64,000 bases of DNA. Source: Cenarchaeum sp. Lineage in GTDB: Archaea > Thermoproteota > Nitrososphaeria > Nitrososphaerales > Nitrosopumilaceae. The DNA lies in the NCBI GenBank assembly GCA_965242695.1, contig CBDESU010000002.1, positions 736,001-800,000 of the forward strand, in the 5' to 3' direction. Positions 20,247-30,040 of the stretch are shown one piece after another (position 1 is the stretch's first letter; every line of letters begins with the position of its first letter). Under the pieces are notes generated by a model. It had not been told where the DNA came from. It did not search any database and saw only the letters and a program-made list of their open reading frames with translations. Made by a program: the position numbers and the translations under genes.

Positions 20247-21165
20247 GCGCCGCCCCCTCCGCCGCGGCCGCACCGGCCGCGCCGACGACGGCCGCACCGG
20301 CAAGCCGGCGGAGCCGCGGCAGCCTTCAGGGTCCCCGCCGCGCAAGGCCCCCCGCACGGTGGCCATTACGGGCGCCTCGTCGGGCATCGGCGCGGCCGCC
20401 GCGGTCGAGTTTGCCCGGCGCGGCGCCTCCCTTGCACTGCTCGCCCGGCGCGGCGCCGAGCTGGAGCGCGTGTGCGCCTCGGCCAGGGCCGCCGGCGCCC
20501 CCTCCGCCGCGGCCGTCCTGTGCGATGTGTCCGACGCCGCCGCGGCCAAGGCGGCGTGCTCCCGGGCCGCGTCCGAGCTCGGAGGCCGCATCGACATCCT
20601 GGTCAACAACGCCGGGTTTGCGGTGTACGGCCGAGTCGCGGACATGGCAGTCTCCGACATAGAGGCGCAGATGGCGACCAACTACATGGGGATGGTCCAC
20701 TGCACAAAGGCCGTCCTGCCGGCCATGCTCGGCCGCGGCTCGGGCCATATTGTCAACGTGGCCTCGGTAGCAGCGAGCATGGGCCTGCCGGGAATCGCCC
20801 CGTACTGCGCGTCAAAGGCGGCCATGCTGTCCTTTTCCGAGGGCCTCAAGCACGAGCTCGCCGGAACCGGCGTCGGCATTACGGTCGTCAGCCCCGTAAT
20901 GGTCCGCACGCCGTTCTTTGACGGCCCGTCGTTCCGGGGCATGCCGCGGCCGTCGGGCCGCTCGGCGACCTCGCTCTCGCCGGAGACGGTCGCCCGGGCG
21001 ATAGTGCGCGCCTCGTCGTCGCCGCGCCTCGAGATCATCGTGCCGCAGGTCGTGCGCGCCGCCGTGTGGTCAAAGCAGACCTTTCCGTATCTGGTCGGCC
21101 CCGTCGTCGGGTCGGCATTTTCCCGCATGATGGAGCGCGCAGAGCGCGAGCAGGGTGGCCGCTGA
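20110..21165 (+). CDS. short-chain dehydrogenase/reductase
   Basis: ITGASSGIG, LVNNAG, YCASK. True start is probably downstream of 20110. Confidence 0.92.
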   Translation: MQATAALPGGAEAATATRAAALIALAAGEGPMAAEMAAAEQTAGSERRPLRRGRTGRADDGRTGKPAEPRQPSGSPPRKAPRTVAITGASSGIGAAAAVEFARRGASLALLARRGAELERVCASARAAGAPSAAAVLCDVSDAAAAKAACSRAASELGGRIDILVNNAGFAVYGRVADMAVSDIEAQMATNYMGMVHCTKAVLPAMLGRGSGHIVNVASVAASMGLPGIAPYCASKAAMLSFSEGLKHELAGTGVGITVVSPVMVRTPFFDGPSFRGMPRPSGRSATSLSPETVARAIVRASSSPRLEIIVPQVVRAAVWSKQTFPYLVGPVVGSAFSRMMERAEREQGGR

Positions 21166-21196
21166 GGCGCCGCCCTTCACCCCCCCGCGCCCTCCC

Positions 21197-21604
21197 CTAC
21201 TCGTCCAGGTCGTCGCCGGCCGCGCCGCCGCCGGCCTCCTCGTACTCCCTCAGGACGAACTTGTACACGGCGTTCATGTCCACGCCCATCTCGGAGCGGA
21301 GGTACTCGGCGGCCTTGCCGCTCAGCGGCGCCTTGAACTCGTCTATCGCGAACTCGTACAGGACGCCTCGCTGCAGCTCGCCGATCCTGATCTCGGGGGC
21401 CACGTCCATCGTCACTATATGCCTGCCGTCCTCGACCGGATCGTCGAGCTGCGCGTCGATCTTGCCGTCCGCGACGTACGTGTCGAGCACGTGCCCCGTC
21501 CTCTTGACCGCGGCGGGCCTGCCGAACTTGGCCGTCTGCACCTCGTCGGCGACCCATTGGGGGATGCCCTTTCGACTGCCGCCCTTGCCGCCGCCGCCCG
21601 CCAT
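21197..21604 (-). CDS. hypothetical protein
   Basis: 135 aa ORF in an apparent operon with 21617-21937; typical codon usage. Confidence 0.75.
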   Translation of the reverse strand: MAGGGGKGGSRKGIPQWVADEVQTAKFGRPAAVKRTGHVLDTYVADGKIDAQLDDPVEDGRHIVTMDVAPEIRIGELQRGVLYEFAIDEFKAPLSGKAAEYLRSEMGVDMNAVYKFVLREYEEAGGGAAGDDLDE

Positions 21605-21616
21605 AGCTGATTCCGC

Positions 21617-21937
21617 CTACCCTTCTTCGGCCTTGTCCCGCTTGCTCTTGGACCACCACTCTTGGTACTCGTACTGCCTGTCCTCCTTTGTCTTGACCCT
21701 CTTGTTGAGGCGGGCCCTGATGTCGCCAATCTGCTCGCGCGTCGCGTACAGGCCGCAGATCGTGCACACGTAGTGCTTTGTGCGAGGCTCCAGCTTCATC
21801 GGTATGCTGATCTCGTCGAACATGCGGAACAGGTCGTCCCGGTTGCGATCCTCCTCCTCGGGCACGGCCTCTTCATATTCCTCCTCCATCTTTTTCTTCT
21901 CGCGTGCGACGCACTCGGGGCAGTTGGGCAACGGCAC
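21617..21937 (-). CDS. hypothetical Zn-binding protein
   Basis: CPEC and CTIC pairs. Confidence 0.75.
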   Translation of the reverse strand: MPLPNCPECVAREKKKMEEEYEEAVPEEEDRNRDDLFRMFDEISIPMKLEPRTKHYVCTICGLYATREQIGDIRARLNKRVKTKEDRQYEYQEWWSKSKRDKAEEG

Positions 21938-22237
21938 GGGCCCCCTGATTTTTCCTTAAAAGCGTTGCCGGCGCCCGGCTACCGCCGTTAGTCTAGCCTA
22001 ACCCGCGCCGCCGCCCGGCTCGGCGCGATAACCGGACGCGCGGACTATATCGTCATCCCTCTCGGTCAGTTCGCCCATCGAACTGCCGCGCGCCCGGCGG
22101 GCCGCCAGGCGCCCGGCGCGGGTTTATCTGTTGGCAGGCAGGGCCTGTGCTCTCCGGCAGTGGACGGCCTGGGACGGCCGGGGCCGCCGGGTCGGGCCGC
22201 CCGGCGTGCGGCGGCAGCGGCCCCCTGCCGTCTCGGG

Positions 22238-23332
22238 CTACTTTGGCTCTTCTAGGCCGCCCCTTGCATGGCTGCCGCGGTAGGGGGAGCTGCCCTTCCC
22301 TAGATGCCTCATGCCCTCCTCTTCCTCGTCGTCGAGCATGCCGGCCTTTCTGAGCGCGTCCCCGACCTTTTTCTTGATCGCATCCGTGTTGCCGATATCC
22401 TCGTCCGTCAGCCCAAGCACGTCGGCCACGCCCACGGAGCGGAGGCACTCGATCGAGCAGCGGTGGCCCGCGGCGCTGTCCGGGTTCAGCCTCAAGAGCT
22501 CCATGCTGCTCTCGAGGCCCTCAGAGTACATTCCCGCCTCTATGTACAGCTTGCACAGCCTCTCGCGCTTCTCCTCGCTCGAGGGGTCGGCGCGCACGGC
22601 CCTTTTGGCCGCCTTGATCTCGTCGGACGGCGCCTCGCGGCCTGGCTTTTCCGCCGGGCCGGAACCTGCGTCGGAACCTGCGTCGGAACCGGCGTCGGGG
22701 CCCTCTCCCTCCTTGTCGCCTTCCCGATCGAGCCTCATCATCTTGTGGTAGCATGCGGCCGCCTTTTCCAGGCGCCCGAGCCTGCACAGCGACTCGGCCT
22801 TGTGGTAGTAGTAGTACGACGCGTCGGGGTCGAGCCTGATGGCCCTGTTGTACCACTTGACGGCCCTCCTGTGGCGCCCCATGTCGGCCAGGACGCTCCC
22901 CACGTTGTCGCAGATGTCGCCGTCGCCGGGGTCGAGCTCGGCGGCCCTCTTGTACGCCTTGAGCGCCGCCTTGTAGCGCTTCATTTCGTGCAGCACAATC
23001 CCCTTGTCGTTGTGGGCTCCCGCCATGTCGGGGTCCACCCCGATTGCGGTCTCGAACGCCTGCAGGGCCTCTTCGTTTCGCTTGAGCTCGTGCAGCGAGT
23101 GGGCCATGTAGTAGTACGTGGCGTACATGTCCGGCTTGAGCCTGGCGGCCGCCGCGTAGTGGTCGAGCGCCTCCTCGTGCCTGCCAAGGTCGGCCAGCGT
23201 CATGGCCGTGTCCAGGTACGGGGCAAAGTCTCCGGGCCTCTCCTCGGCCATCCTCTTGAAGTACTGCAGATCCTCCTCGGTCCTCTTCGGGCCCATCCCC
23301 CACATGCTTTCCTCCTCTTCGCCGTCGCCCAT
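22238..23332 (-). CDS. tetratricopeptide repeat protein
   Basis: Repeated LG.HEEAL..Y..A..L.P motifs. Confidence 0.88.
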   Translation of the reverse strand: MGDGEEEESMWGMGPKRTEEDLQYFKRMAEERPGDFAPYLDTAMTLADLGRHEEALDHYAAAARLKPDMYATYYYMAHSLHELKRNEEALQAFETAIGVDPDMAGAHNDKGIVLHEMKRYKAALKAYKRAAELDPGDGDICDNVGSVLADMGRHRRAVKWYNRAIRLDPDASYYYYHKAESLCRLGRLEKAAACYHKMMRLDREGDKEGEGPDAGSDAGSDAGSGPAEKPGREAPSDEIKAAKRAVRADPSSEEKRERLCKLYIEAGMYSEGLESSMELLRLNPDSAAGHRCSIECLRSVGVADVLGLTDEDIGNTDAIKKKVGDALRKAGMLDDEEEEGMRHLGKGSSPYRGSHARGGLEEPK

Positions 23333-23356
23333 GCCTGCGGCACCGTATGGCGCGCT

Positions 23357-24634
23357 TTATTCGTTGGGGGCCGCCCTGCGCGGCGCGCGTGCGCCCCGCC
23401 CCTCCAGCTCCCGCAGGGCCGCATCCGCCGCCCTGCCGGCCCCGCCCCCGTCGAACCCGCCGGCAAACTCGGCCAGCCTGGCCGCATACGCGTCGCGCTC
23501 GCCGCGCACGCGGGCCACAGCCCTTGCTATACCGCGCGCGTCGCGCGCGAGCACGCCCAGCCCCCTCTCCTCGGCCCACCGCACCTGGTTGGTGTGCTCG
23601 TCGTACACGGGCACGCCCACCACGGGCTTTGCCGCGCCGCCCATGACCTCGCCCATTACCGTGTGCGAGCCGTTGACGACGGCGTACGCGCACCCCGCCA
23701 GGACGGCCTCCCTGTCCACATCGGACAGGAACCCGACGTCTATCTGCACCCAGTCGACCCCCTTCTCGCGCGCCTCTGCTATCGCGTACGTGCGCCCGTC
23801 CGCTCCGGTCACGCGGTCGACCGACGCGTCCCTCCTGGCGTGCGACACGACCCTCTTCTCGCCCCTCAGCTCGTCCGTGGCAAAGGCCTCTTCGTACCTC
23901 CTGCCCGTCCCCTCGTTGGTCGAGCGGTCGCCCGTGCGCATCCAGTACCCGTAGTCCGCCCCCTCGATCAGCCCCGCAAGGTCCGCCCTGGGCGCGCCGC
24001 CGGCCGCCTTGGCCCTGCCGGAAAAGTGCCCCACGTACTCTACCCTGCCCGCAACGTCGGCCGGAAAGTTGAGGTTGTACTCGCAGATGCAGTGGGGGGG
24101 AGGAGAGTCGGCCACGAGTATCCTTGACGCCTTTGCGATCTGCCTCGAGACGAACAGCAGGCCGGGGTACAGGTACGCCCTGGACGCCCAGAGGCGCGGC
24201 CTGAACTGGTTCGTGACGAACAGGCACGGGATGTTCCGGTTGCGCGCGAGCACGTTCGTCCCCATGTCCCCGTCGCTGATCACCAGGTCGAACCCGATCG
24301 TGTCGTACAGGCGCCTCTCCTCGCGCAGGTACGCGGCTATCTGGGAGACGAGCGGCCTGTTTCCGGCCGCCGGCAGCAGCACGTTGAGCAGCGAGCGGGG
24401 CAGGTCGGGCCCCCGCCTGCCGTCTATCGGCGTCGGCATCTGCACCTCGTGCACCTTGTCCGGCCCGCTTGGGTGCTCGGCAAGCAGGCGGCCGTAGATC
24501 GGCTGCTTGCTTGCCGCGTGTATGTCCATGTCGCCGTCCCCGAGGCGCCTCCGCAGCTCGGCATCGAGCCGCATCATCCTCGTGTAGTGGCCGCCGCCCC
24601 AGGGATAGACGAACTCGGCGATCCTTTGCGCCAT
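23357..24634 (-). CDS. GT-B glycosyltransferase (GT28/MurG-like)
   Basis: WGGGHYTR, DLVISDGD, VNGSHTVMGE, VPVYDEHTNQ. Confidence 0.8.
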   Translation of the reverse strand: MAQRIAEFVYPWGGGHYTRMMRLDAELRRRLGDGDMDIHAASKQPIYGRLLAEHPSGPDKVHEVQMPTPIDGRRGPDLPRSLLNVLLPAAGNRPLVSQIAAYLREERRLYDTIGFDLVISDGDMGTNVLARNRNIPCLFVTNQFRPRLWASRAYLYPGLLFVSRQIAKASRILVADSPPPHCICEYNLNFPADVAGRVEYVGHFSGRAKAAGGAPRADLAGLIEGADYGYWMRTGDRSTNEGTGRRYEEAFATDELRGEKRVVSHARRDASVDRVTGADGRTYAIAEAREKGVDWVQIDVGFLSDVDREAVLAGCAYAVVNGSHTVMGEVMGGAAKPVVGVPVYDEHTNQVRWAEERGLGVLARDARGIARAVARVRGERDAYAARLAEFAGGFDGGGAGRAADAALRELEGRGARAPRRAAPNE

Positions 24635-24635
24635 G

Positions 24636-25892
24636 CTATGCGGGCGCCCCCCTCCGGCGCCCCTTATTGCCCCTATTCCCGCCGCCGATCACGGCGTTCA
24701 GCATCTCGTGGACGGTGTTGGGGCCGGCGCGGACGCTGACCTGCATGCGCCGGGCCCCGGCCGCCATCTCCTCGGCGCGGGACAGGATGCCATGAACCGC
24801 CTTTGTCCCGTCCTTTCGAGCACTGGCGTCTGTCGTCGCCGCCGTAGCCGCCAGCCGGGCGGCTTCTTGGGCAAACCCCTCGAACCCGGCCGCCGCCGCG
24901 TTGGCGAATATCTCGTCCTCGAGCGCCCCGAGCGGGGCGTACGCGGCGATGCCCCTGCGGGCCAGCTCGCCTGCCGCCGCGTCGATTGCGGCCTGCGAGT
25001 CTACGACGGGCGAGACGGGCAGGACGGCCCGCTTGATCCCGCCTCCTTCGGCCATCTTTGCGGCCAGCAGGCACGAGGCGAGCAGGCGCACGGCGCGGCC
25101 GCCCGGCGCCTTTTTGATCCGGATGAACTCGATGCCTACCGGCTCTCCTCCGAGCAGGGATGCGGCGGTGCGCGGCACCAGCCTGCCGGCCGCCTTGGCA
25201 AGCCTCCGCAGCTCTGCCTCGGTCGAGTACGCCACGGACATGCGCACGTCGTACCCCTGCCTGATCGCCTCGAGGCATGCGGCCGCCGAGAGGCCGTCGA
25301 ACATGCAACATGCGACGGGCTCGGGGTGCGTGCCGGCTGGCACTCCACCCACCCCCCTGTCCGCAAACAGGCACGCGTACGAGTGCCTGGCCGTAACATA
25401 TGCGTACAGCTCGCGGTCGTGCCTTGCGGGCGTGCCCGGCTTGGCGCCGATGCCCGCATGCTTTTCGATAATCGACGAGGTTGCGGCCATCTCCAGATCG
25501 CCGGGAACGTACCCCCTTGGCCGCCCCTCGGCCTTCACCAGATACATCTCGCCCTCGAGCAGGATGCTCCCTGCCACCTGCGATACGGCCTCGGCGGCGT
25601 CCGCCAGCGTTGCGCCGGCCCGCCGCGCAATGCCGACCCTTTGTACGCCCGACAGCATGCCGACGGCCGCCGAGGCCAGTACGGGGTCCGCGGCCCCCTC
25701 CACTACGACGAGCGAGCCATCCCTAGCGATCGACTTGAACGGCTGGCCGGCCGACTTGAGAGCCGACCTGACGTTGCGAGCAAGCGACACCGTTTTTTTT
25801 TTGGCAAACACGGTGGGCACGGCTATTACAAAGAGTGAGCTACATGGTCCAGCCGACCAGCCATCGTTTTTTTCAGGCATCTGATTATCCAT
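24636..25892 (-). CDS. ThiI-like THUMP-domain protein with degenerate PP-loop
   Basis: SGVQRVGIA, THUMP-like middle, GVGGVPAG, then CCMFDGLS where SGGxDS is expected. Start uncertain. Confidence 0.65.
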   Translation of the reverse strand: MDNQMPEKNDGWSAGPCSSLFVIAVPTVFAKKKTVSLARNVRSALKSAGQPFKSIARDGSLVVVEGAADPVLASAAVGMLSGVQRVGIARRAGATLADAAEAVSQVAGSILLEGEMYLVKAEGRPRGYVPGDLEMAATSSIIEKHAGIGAKPGTPARHDRELYAYVTARHSYACLFADRGVGGVPAGTHPEPVACCMFDGLSAAACLEAIRQGYDVRMSVAYSTEAELRRLAKAAGRLVPRTAASLLGGEPVGIEFIRIKKAPGGRAVRLLASCLLAAKMAEGGGIKRAVLPVSPVVDSQAAIDAAAGELARRGIAAYAPLGALEDEIFANAAAAGFEGFAQEAARLAATAATTDASARKDGTKAVHGILSRAEEMAAGARRMQVSVRAGPNTVHEMLNAVIGGGNRGNKGRRRGAPA

Positions 25893-26111
25893 TTTCTACA
25901 CCTAACAAACTTTTTTCTGGTCAACATTGTTACTGGGCATTAGATTTTTGTACGTGACACCAGTAATATATCAAAGCGCAAAGATTTTGAACACTTTTTG
26001 TATTAGACATGTTACGCTTTAGAAGCACTTCATATTTATAATTATGATTGTGTCGGCAAACTACCTCGAGATTTAAAGTCACCCCTACCCTCTCCCACAA
26101 ACAACAAATAT

Positions 26112-27524
26112 TTATTTTTCTTTTTGCGTGTACACATCAATGATATATGGGATCGCCCTTACTATATCACTGTTGTTGATTATTTTAGATCGATATTTAC
26201 CATGCCCGCCTACCATGTTGATTTTTTTGCCATTTTTAATCATGTACTTAACAAAGCCCATATCATCTTCAGCCACATCCAGCTGTCCAGTAATATAGAT
26301 GACATTTAGTGATTTTTTAAGTACTTCTATCACGCAGAACAACCTGCCAGATGTCGATGAACGCCAACCGATATATCTCACCGTTGCCTTGATTTCGACT
26401 CCTGGAATATTTGTACCTAGCCTACCCCGCAGTTCTCTGTAAAGCGCCCGTGTTTCGTTAGATCCGTGTGTACTCAAGTAGCCTTCTTCACTATACTGCT
26501 CCAATGATCTCGATCCTAGATTCCTTCCGTGTCCATGCCTGTTACTAGCGTTTTTGTTCTCTCCGTCATGAACTTGTTTGACGTAGCGAATTGCTCTTGT
26601 CACGCCATCTTCATTTTCTATTTTAGATCTATAATGACCAGAACCACGACTGCCAATTTTCGTGCCGTCAGGCCTAACCATGTGTTGTACAAAAGATCTG
26701 TCTTTGTGTTCTATGATTAGGCGTTTCGTTGTATAGCTTAGCTCTAATGATTTTTTTCGTACTTCAACTGTACAAATTATCTTGTCATGCTCATTCACCA
26801 TATTAATGACATACTTCATTGATTTTATTTTTAAGTCTGGCATGTTTTTAGCGAGGTCTGCCTTAAGTTTATTATAGAGATTATGTGTTTCGGCAGAGGC
26901 TTTTTTCAAATGTGTATTCTCGGGGGTTGTTTTTTCAATGGGCAATACATCTTCTTGTTTTTGATGAGTAGCATCTTCTTGTTTTTGATGAGTAGCATCT
27001 TCTTGTTTTTGATGAGTAGCATCATTTAACGTCATGACGCCATTCTCGTACCTTATAATTTGATACAATTCTACTGGTTCACCCCCTCCCCTCGCTGCAG
27101 AAAGCTGGTGTTCAGTAAAAGATGGTGATATTATAATAGCCCTGCTTTTATCCCACGCAATATCATTTTTAGTAAAATTTTTACCGCGTTTTTCATGGTA
27201 TAGCTGTAGAAAGTCAGCTTTTCTCTCAGTCATCAGACTTAAATAGCTTTTTACTTGTTCTATTGCCCCCTGCATCTTATTTTTCTTATACTCGATAAGC
27301 ACAAAGGTCTTAGATTTTATGTTGAACGCAACGGTGTCTATTCTCTGATTTGCTATTACAAATTCACGCTTCACAAATTCATGGTCGGGGAATATCACGC
27401 TTAGGTTCTCCTCGATCAGATCCTGTATGGCCCTCTCATCGCCAAATCCGCCCTTCGTTTTCTTGATCTCTTCTAGGCTGCCTTCTGTTCCTTTGAAGAT
27501 CGCCCGGAATATTCTTGCCGCCAC
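26112..27524 (-). CDS. NucS/DUF91-like PD-(D/E)xK nuclease with two tandem DUF5655-like domains
   Basis: ERAIQDLIEENL...RIDTVAF...LIEYKK, then two similar ~120-aa domains each ending G.G.YRSKI. GTG 27524 lies about 25 nt from a TATA-like box. Confidence 0.7.
   Translation of the reverse strand: MAARIFRAIFKGTEGSLEEIKKTKGGFGDERAIQDLIEENLSVIFPDHEFVKREFVIANQRIDTVAFNIKSKTFVLIEYKKNKMQGAIEQVKSYLSLMTERKADFLQLYHEKRGKNFTKNDIAWDKSRAIIISPSFTEHQLSAARGGGEPVELYQIIRYENGVMTLNDATHQKQEDATHQKQEDATHQKQEDVLPIEKTTPENTHLKKASAETHNLYNKLKADLAKNMPDLKIKSMKYVINMVNEHDKIICTVEVRKKSLELSYTTKRLIIEHKDRSFVQHMVRPDGTKIGSRGSGHYRSKIENEDGVTRAIRYVKQVHDGENKNASNRHGHGRNLGSRSLEQYSEEGYLSTHGSNETRALYRELRGRLGTNIPGVEIKATVRYIGWRSSTSGRLFCVIEVLKKSLNVIYITGQLDVAEDDMGFVKYMIKNGKKINMVGGHGKYRSKIINNSDIVRAIPYIIDVYTQKEK
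26948..27023. repeat. 24-bp tandem repeat x3 (DATHQKQE linker)
   Basis: CATCTTCTTGTTTTTGATGAGTAG at 26948, 26972 and 26996. Confidence 0.95.
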
Positions 27525-27832
27525 GACTCCGCCCCGCCATGAGGCGTTAATATAGTTTGGTCTGACCTGATGGGCGTTGCTCGCTCTTTGGCGGTTAGGC
27601 ATGTCGCGTGGCACTGCCGCCTTGGTATGCCACACAAGTACCAGAGGGGCCTGATCGTGCTACCTAGCGGAACGCCACTGGCTTGCTCGGTTGTGGGCGC
27701 AGTCCCTCGTTGTAATGGTTATAAACCCCTGCTGTTTGCGCGCACTGACGAAATGCCTAAGCGAGGTCGCCGTGCACTTGTTGGCCTTGTTTCAAACGTC
27801 CTGGATTACCTAACAGTATCGGGAGGATCAAA

Positions 27833-29239
27833 ATGCCCAATTTAGGAAAGGACACACTGCGAAAACAGAGCCTTCGACGCAGCGCCAACGTCCGCGTACC
27901 TCTTAAAACCACTGCCGAGGCAAACAGTGACTGGACATTTCGAGACATAAGCACTCAAAAGTATACCCATGGCATACATCTGTACCCTGCTAGGATGCAT
28001 CCAGAAATTGCTCGGCGTGTTATTTCCAAATATGCCCATCCATCTGATGTAGTATTTGATCCATTTATGGGGTCGGGTGGGGTCCTCCTTGAATCAATTT
28101 TGCATGGTAATAACGCAGTAGGGCTAGACATAAATCCGCTGGCAGTTCTTATATCTAAAGTTAAGACAACAATTTTTAAAAATAACAAAATTTCGTTAAT
28201 ACCAAAGTTTCTGGAAACAATTTTATCAGACAGTAACCACGCATTTAAACGGGGGGGGGGGGGGAGACAATGGGATAATCAACCAAATTTATTATGCTCT
28301 AATAACTTGTATCCAAGTGAATACGATACAACTGGATGGTTTGATACTCATACATTGATCCGTCTTGGTCTATTAAAACGAAGTATGATCAAAGTTACTG
28401 ACGATGACATTTTAAATTTTTTTAAGATCTGTTTTTCGTTAACAGTTAGAAAATCTAGCTGGCAACGCAGTGGTTCATGGAAAATTCATAGAATTCCAGA
28501 ATTGGATCGTTGTGGAGCCAGTCCTGATCCATTTGCTATTTTTAACAATGTATGTAACGCTAATATTAAAAAAATCAAAAATTTGGCTATGATGCATCCC
28601 GTCGGACGAGCGTATCCTCTGCTCGGAAACACCAAAGAAGTTGACCTGAATTTTAAACGCGTAACACATATACTTCAAGACAAAAAAGCAAACCTCGTCG
28701 TCACGTCACCTCCATATGGAGACCACAAAACAACGGTTGCATACGGGCAATTTTCGCGCCATTTGAGTCACTGGCTAGATCTTCCCGTTGATGAAGTTCG
28801 AACCGTTGACAGTATGGGATTAGGTGGGAAAAATTATAAAACAAATAATGATCTTGAATCGCCAGCTTTAGGCCACACACTCACTAAGATACAAAAAAAT
28901 GATGTTAAACTGACAAAAAACAAAAAACCATGCAGGGACCGTGAAGTTTATGCATACTTTTATGACCTTGATCAATGTTTGGAACAGATTTCTCAATGTC
29001 TCGTGACCGGCAAAAGTCATGCATGTTTTGTTGTGGCCAACCGAACCGTCAGGCGCATCACTATCCCTACCGACACAATATTGATTGAACTTGGACGCAA
29101 GTACGGATTTGTCGTCAAAAACACAATGCAACGACAGATTCCAAACAAGCGAATGCCAATCCGTAATGCTCCCGAAAACATAACAAATGCGGTTGGCAAA
29201 ACGATGACCCAAGAGTCTATTATTATTATGAGGTGTTAA
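27833..29239 (+). CDS. N4-cytosine DNA methyltransferase, alpha class, M.MvaI-like
   Basis: THGIHLYPARM, motif I DPFMGSG before motif IV TSPPY, VVANRTV; adjacent to an MvaI/BcnI-type REase. Confidence 0.88.
   Translation: MPNLGKDTLRKQSLRRSANVRVPLKTTAEANSDWTFRDISTQKYTHGIHLYPARMHPEIARRVISKYAHPSDVVFDPFMGSGGVLLESILHGNNAVGLDINPLAVLISKVKTTIFKNNKISLIPKFLETILSDSNHAFKRGGGGRQWDNQPNLLCSNNLYPSEYDTTGWFDTHTLIRLGLLKRSMIKVTDDDILNFFKICFSLTVRKSSWQRSGSWKIHRIPELDRCGASPDPFAIFNNVCNANIKKIKNLAMMHPVGRAYPLLGNTKEVDLNFKRVTHILQDKKANLVVTSPPYGDHKTTVAYGQFSRHLSHWLDLPVDEVRTVDSMGLGGKNYKTNNDLESPALGHTLTKIQKNDVKLTKNKKPCRDREVYAYFYDLDQCLEQISQCLVTGKSHACFVVANRTVRRITIPTDTILIELGRKYGFVVKNTMQRQIPNKRMPIRNAPENITNAVGKTMTQESIIIMRC
28251..28264 (+). 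repeat. G14 homopolymer within the methyltransferase ORF
   Basis: aaacGGGGGGGGGGGGGGagac, in frame as KRGGGGR. Confidence 0.9.
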
Positions 29240-29241
29240 AG

Positions 29242-29952
29242 ATGCAAGAATATGCACAATTAGTTGACCAGTTGCCTTATATTGAAGCAATGGGATATGT
29301 TCGTACACATCGCAGTGGCGATACCGGCGTGGGTAAAACACTAGAAGATCTTTTGCACATACGAGAGAACAATTTTGCGGGACCCAATGGTCATATGACA
29401 GAGTTAAAATCTGGCCGAAAAAATGCAACAGGGATGCTTACTTTATTTACAAAGTCTCCTCTACCACGTAAGATCAATAGGCAGTTAGTTGAAAAATTTG
29501 GAACACGTGATCAAAACGGTAGATTAAAATTACATACGACGATAAACGCTCTTTCTAGAAATACGTTGTATGGCAATTCCGGTTTTATTATAAAAGTGAT
29601 GCAAGCTACGATTGTTTTAGATCATCCTCAATATGCAGATTTGCCTGTTCCATATTGGAATCGAGATGATCTCGAGAAAGCTTTTACCAAAAAATACCCC
29701 CAAAATTTATTATATGTTAAAGCTGACCACAAGGGACATGGCATCGACGAAGAATTTCACTATAATGAGGCGTGGCTTATGTCTGGATTTAGCTTTAGTC
29801 GCTTTATTGATCTACTGATGAGCCGACAAATTTTGGTCGACATTAGACTAGGTCGTCACCCTGACGGTAGGCTACATGACCATGGAACAGGCTTCCGTGT
29901 CACTAAGAGCAATTTAGATTTGTGCTTTGAGCATAGAAAGCAAGTCCTTTGA
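29242..29952 (+). CDS. MvaI/BcnI family restriction endonuclease, possibly inactive (PD changed to PN)
   Basis: GDTGVGKTLEDLL..ENN...PNGHMTELK, LTLFTKSP, HDHGTGFR. GAGGTG Shine-Dalgarno before ATG 29242 (alternative GTG 29233). Confidence 0.88.
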   Translation: MQEYAQLVDQLPYIEAMGYVRTHRSGDTGVGKTLEDLLHIRENNFAGPNGHMTELKSGRKNATGMLTLFTKSPLPRKINRQLVEKFGTRDQNGRLKLHTTINALSRNTLYGNSGFIIKVMQATIVLDHPQYADLPVPYWNRDDLEKAFTKKYPQNLLYVKADHKGHGIDEEFHYNEAWLMSGFSFSRFIDLLMSRQILVDIRLGRHPDGRLHDHGTGFRVTKSNLDLCFEHRKQVL

Positions 29953-30040
29953 TTGCCAACTTTTAGCGCGCCCCTGAGCGGCGTGCTTGCTTTTAGGATG
30001 GTTCATAATAGTTATAACCTGCACATGTGGCGCCGGCTCG

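Larger units (their letters stand above)
25860..29990. mobile_element. AT-rich horizontally acquired restriction-modification island
   Basis: Abrupt drop in GC between the divergent thiI-like and cysH genes; carries nuclease, MTase and REase. No integrase or terminal repeats seen; boundaries approximate. Confidence 0.7.

Noticed and set aside
17973-20681. Very long antisense or alternate-frame ORFs (e.g. 902 aa here, 740 aa at 45109-47331, 512 aa at 62433-63971)
   Set aside because: Shadows of real genes in high-GC DNA; no motifs and biased composition.
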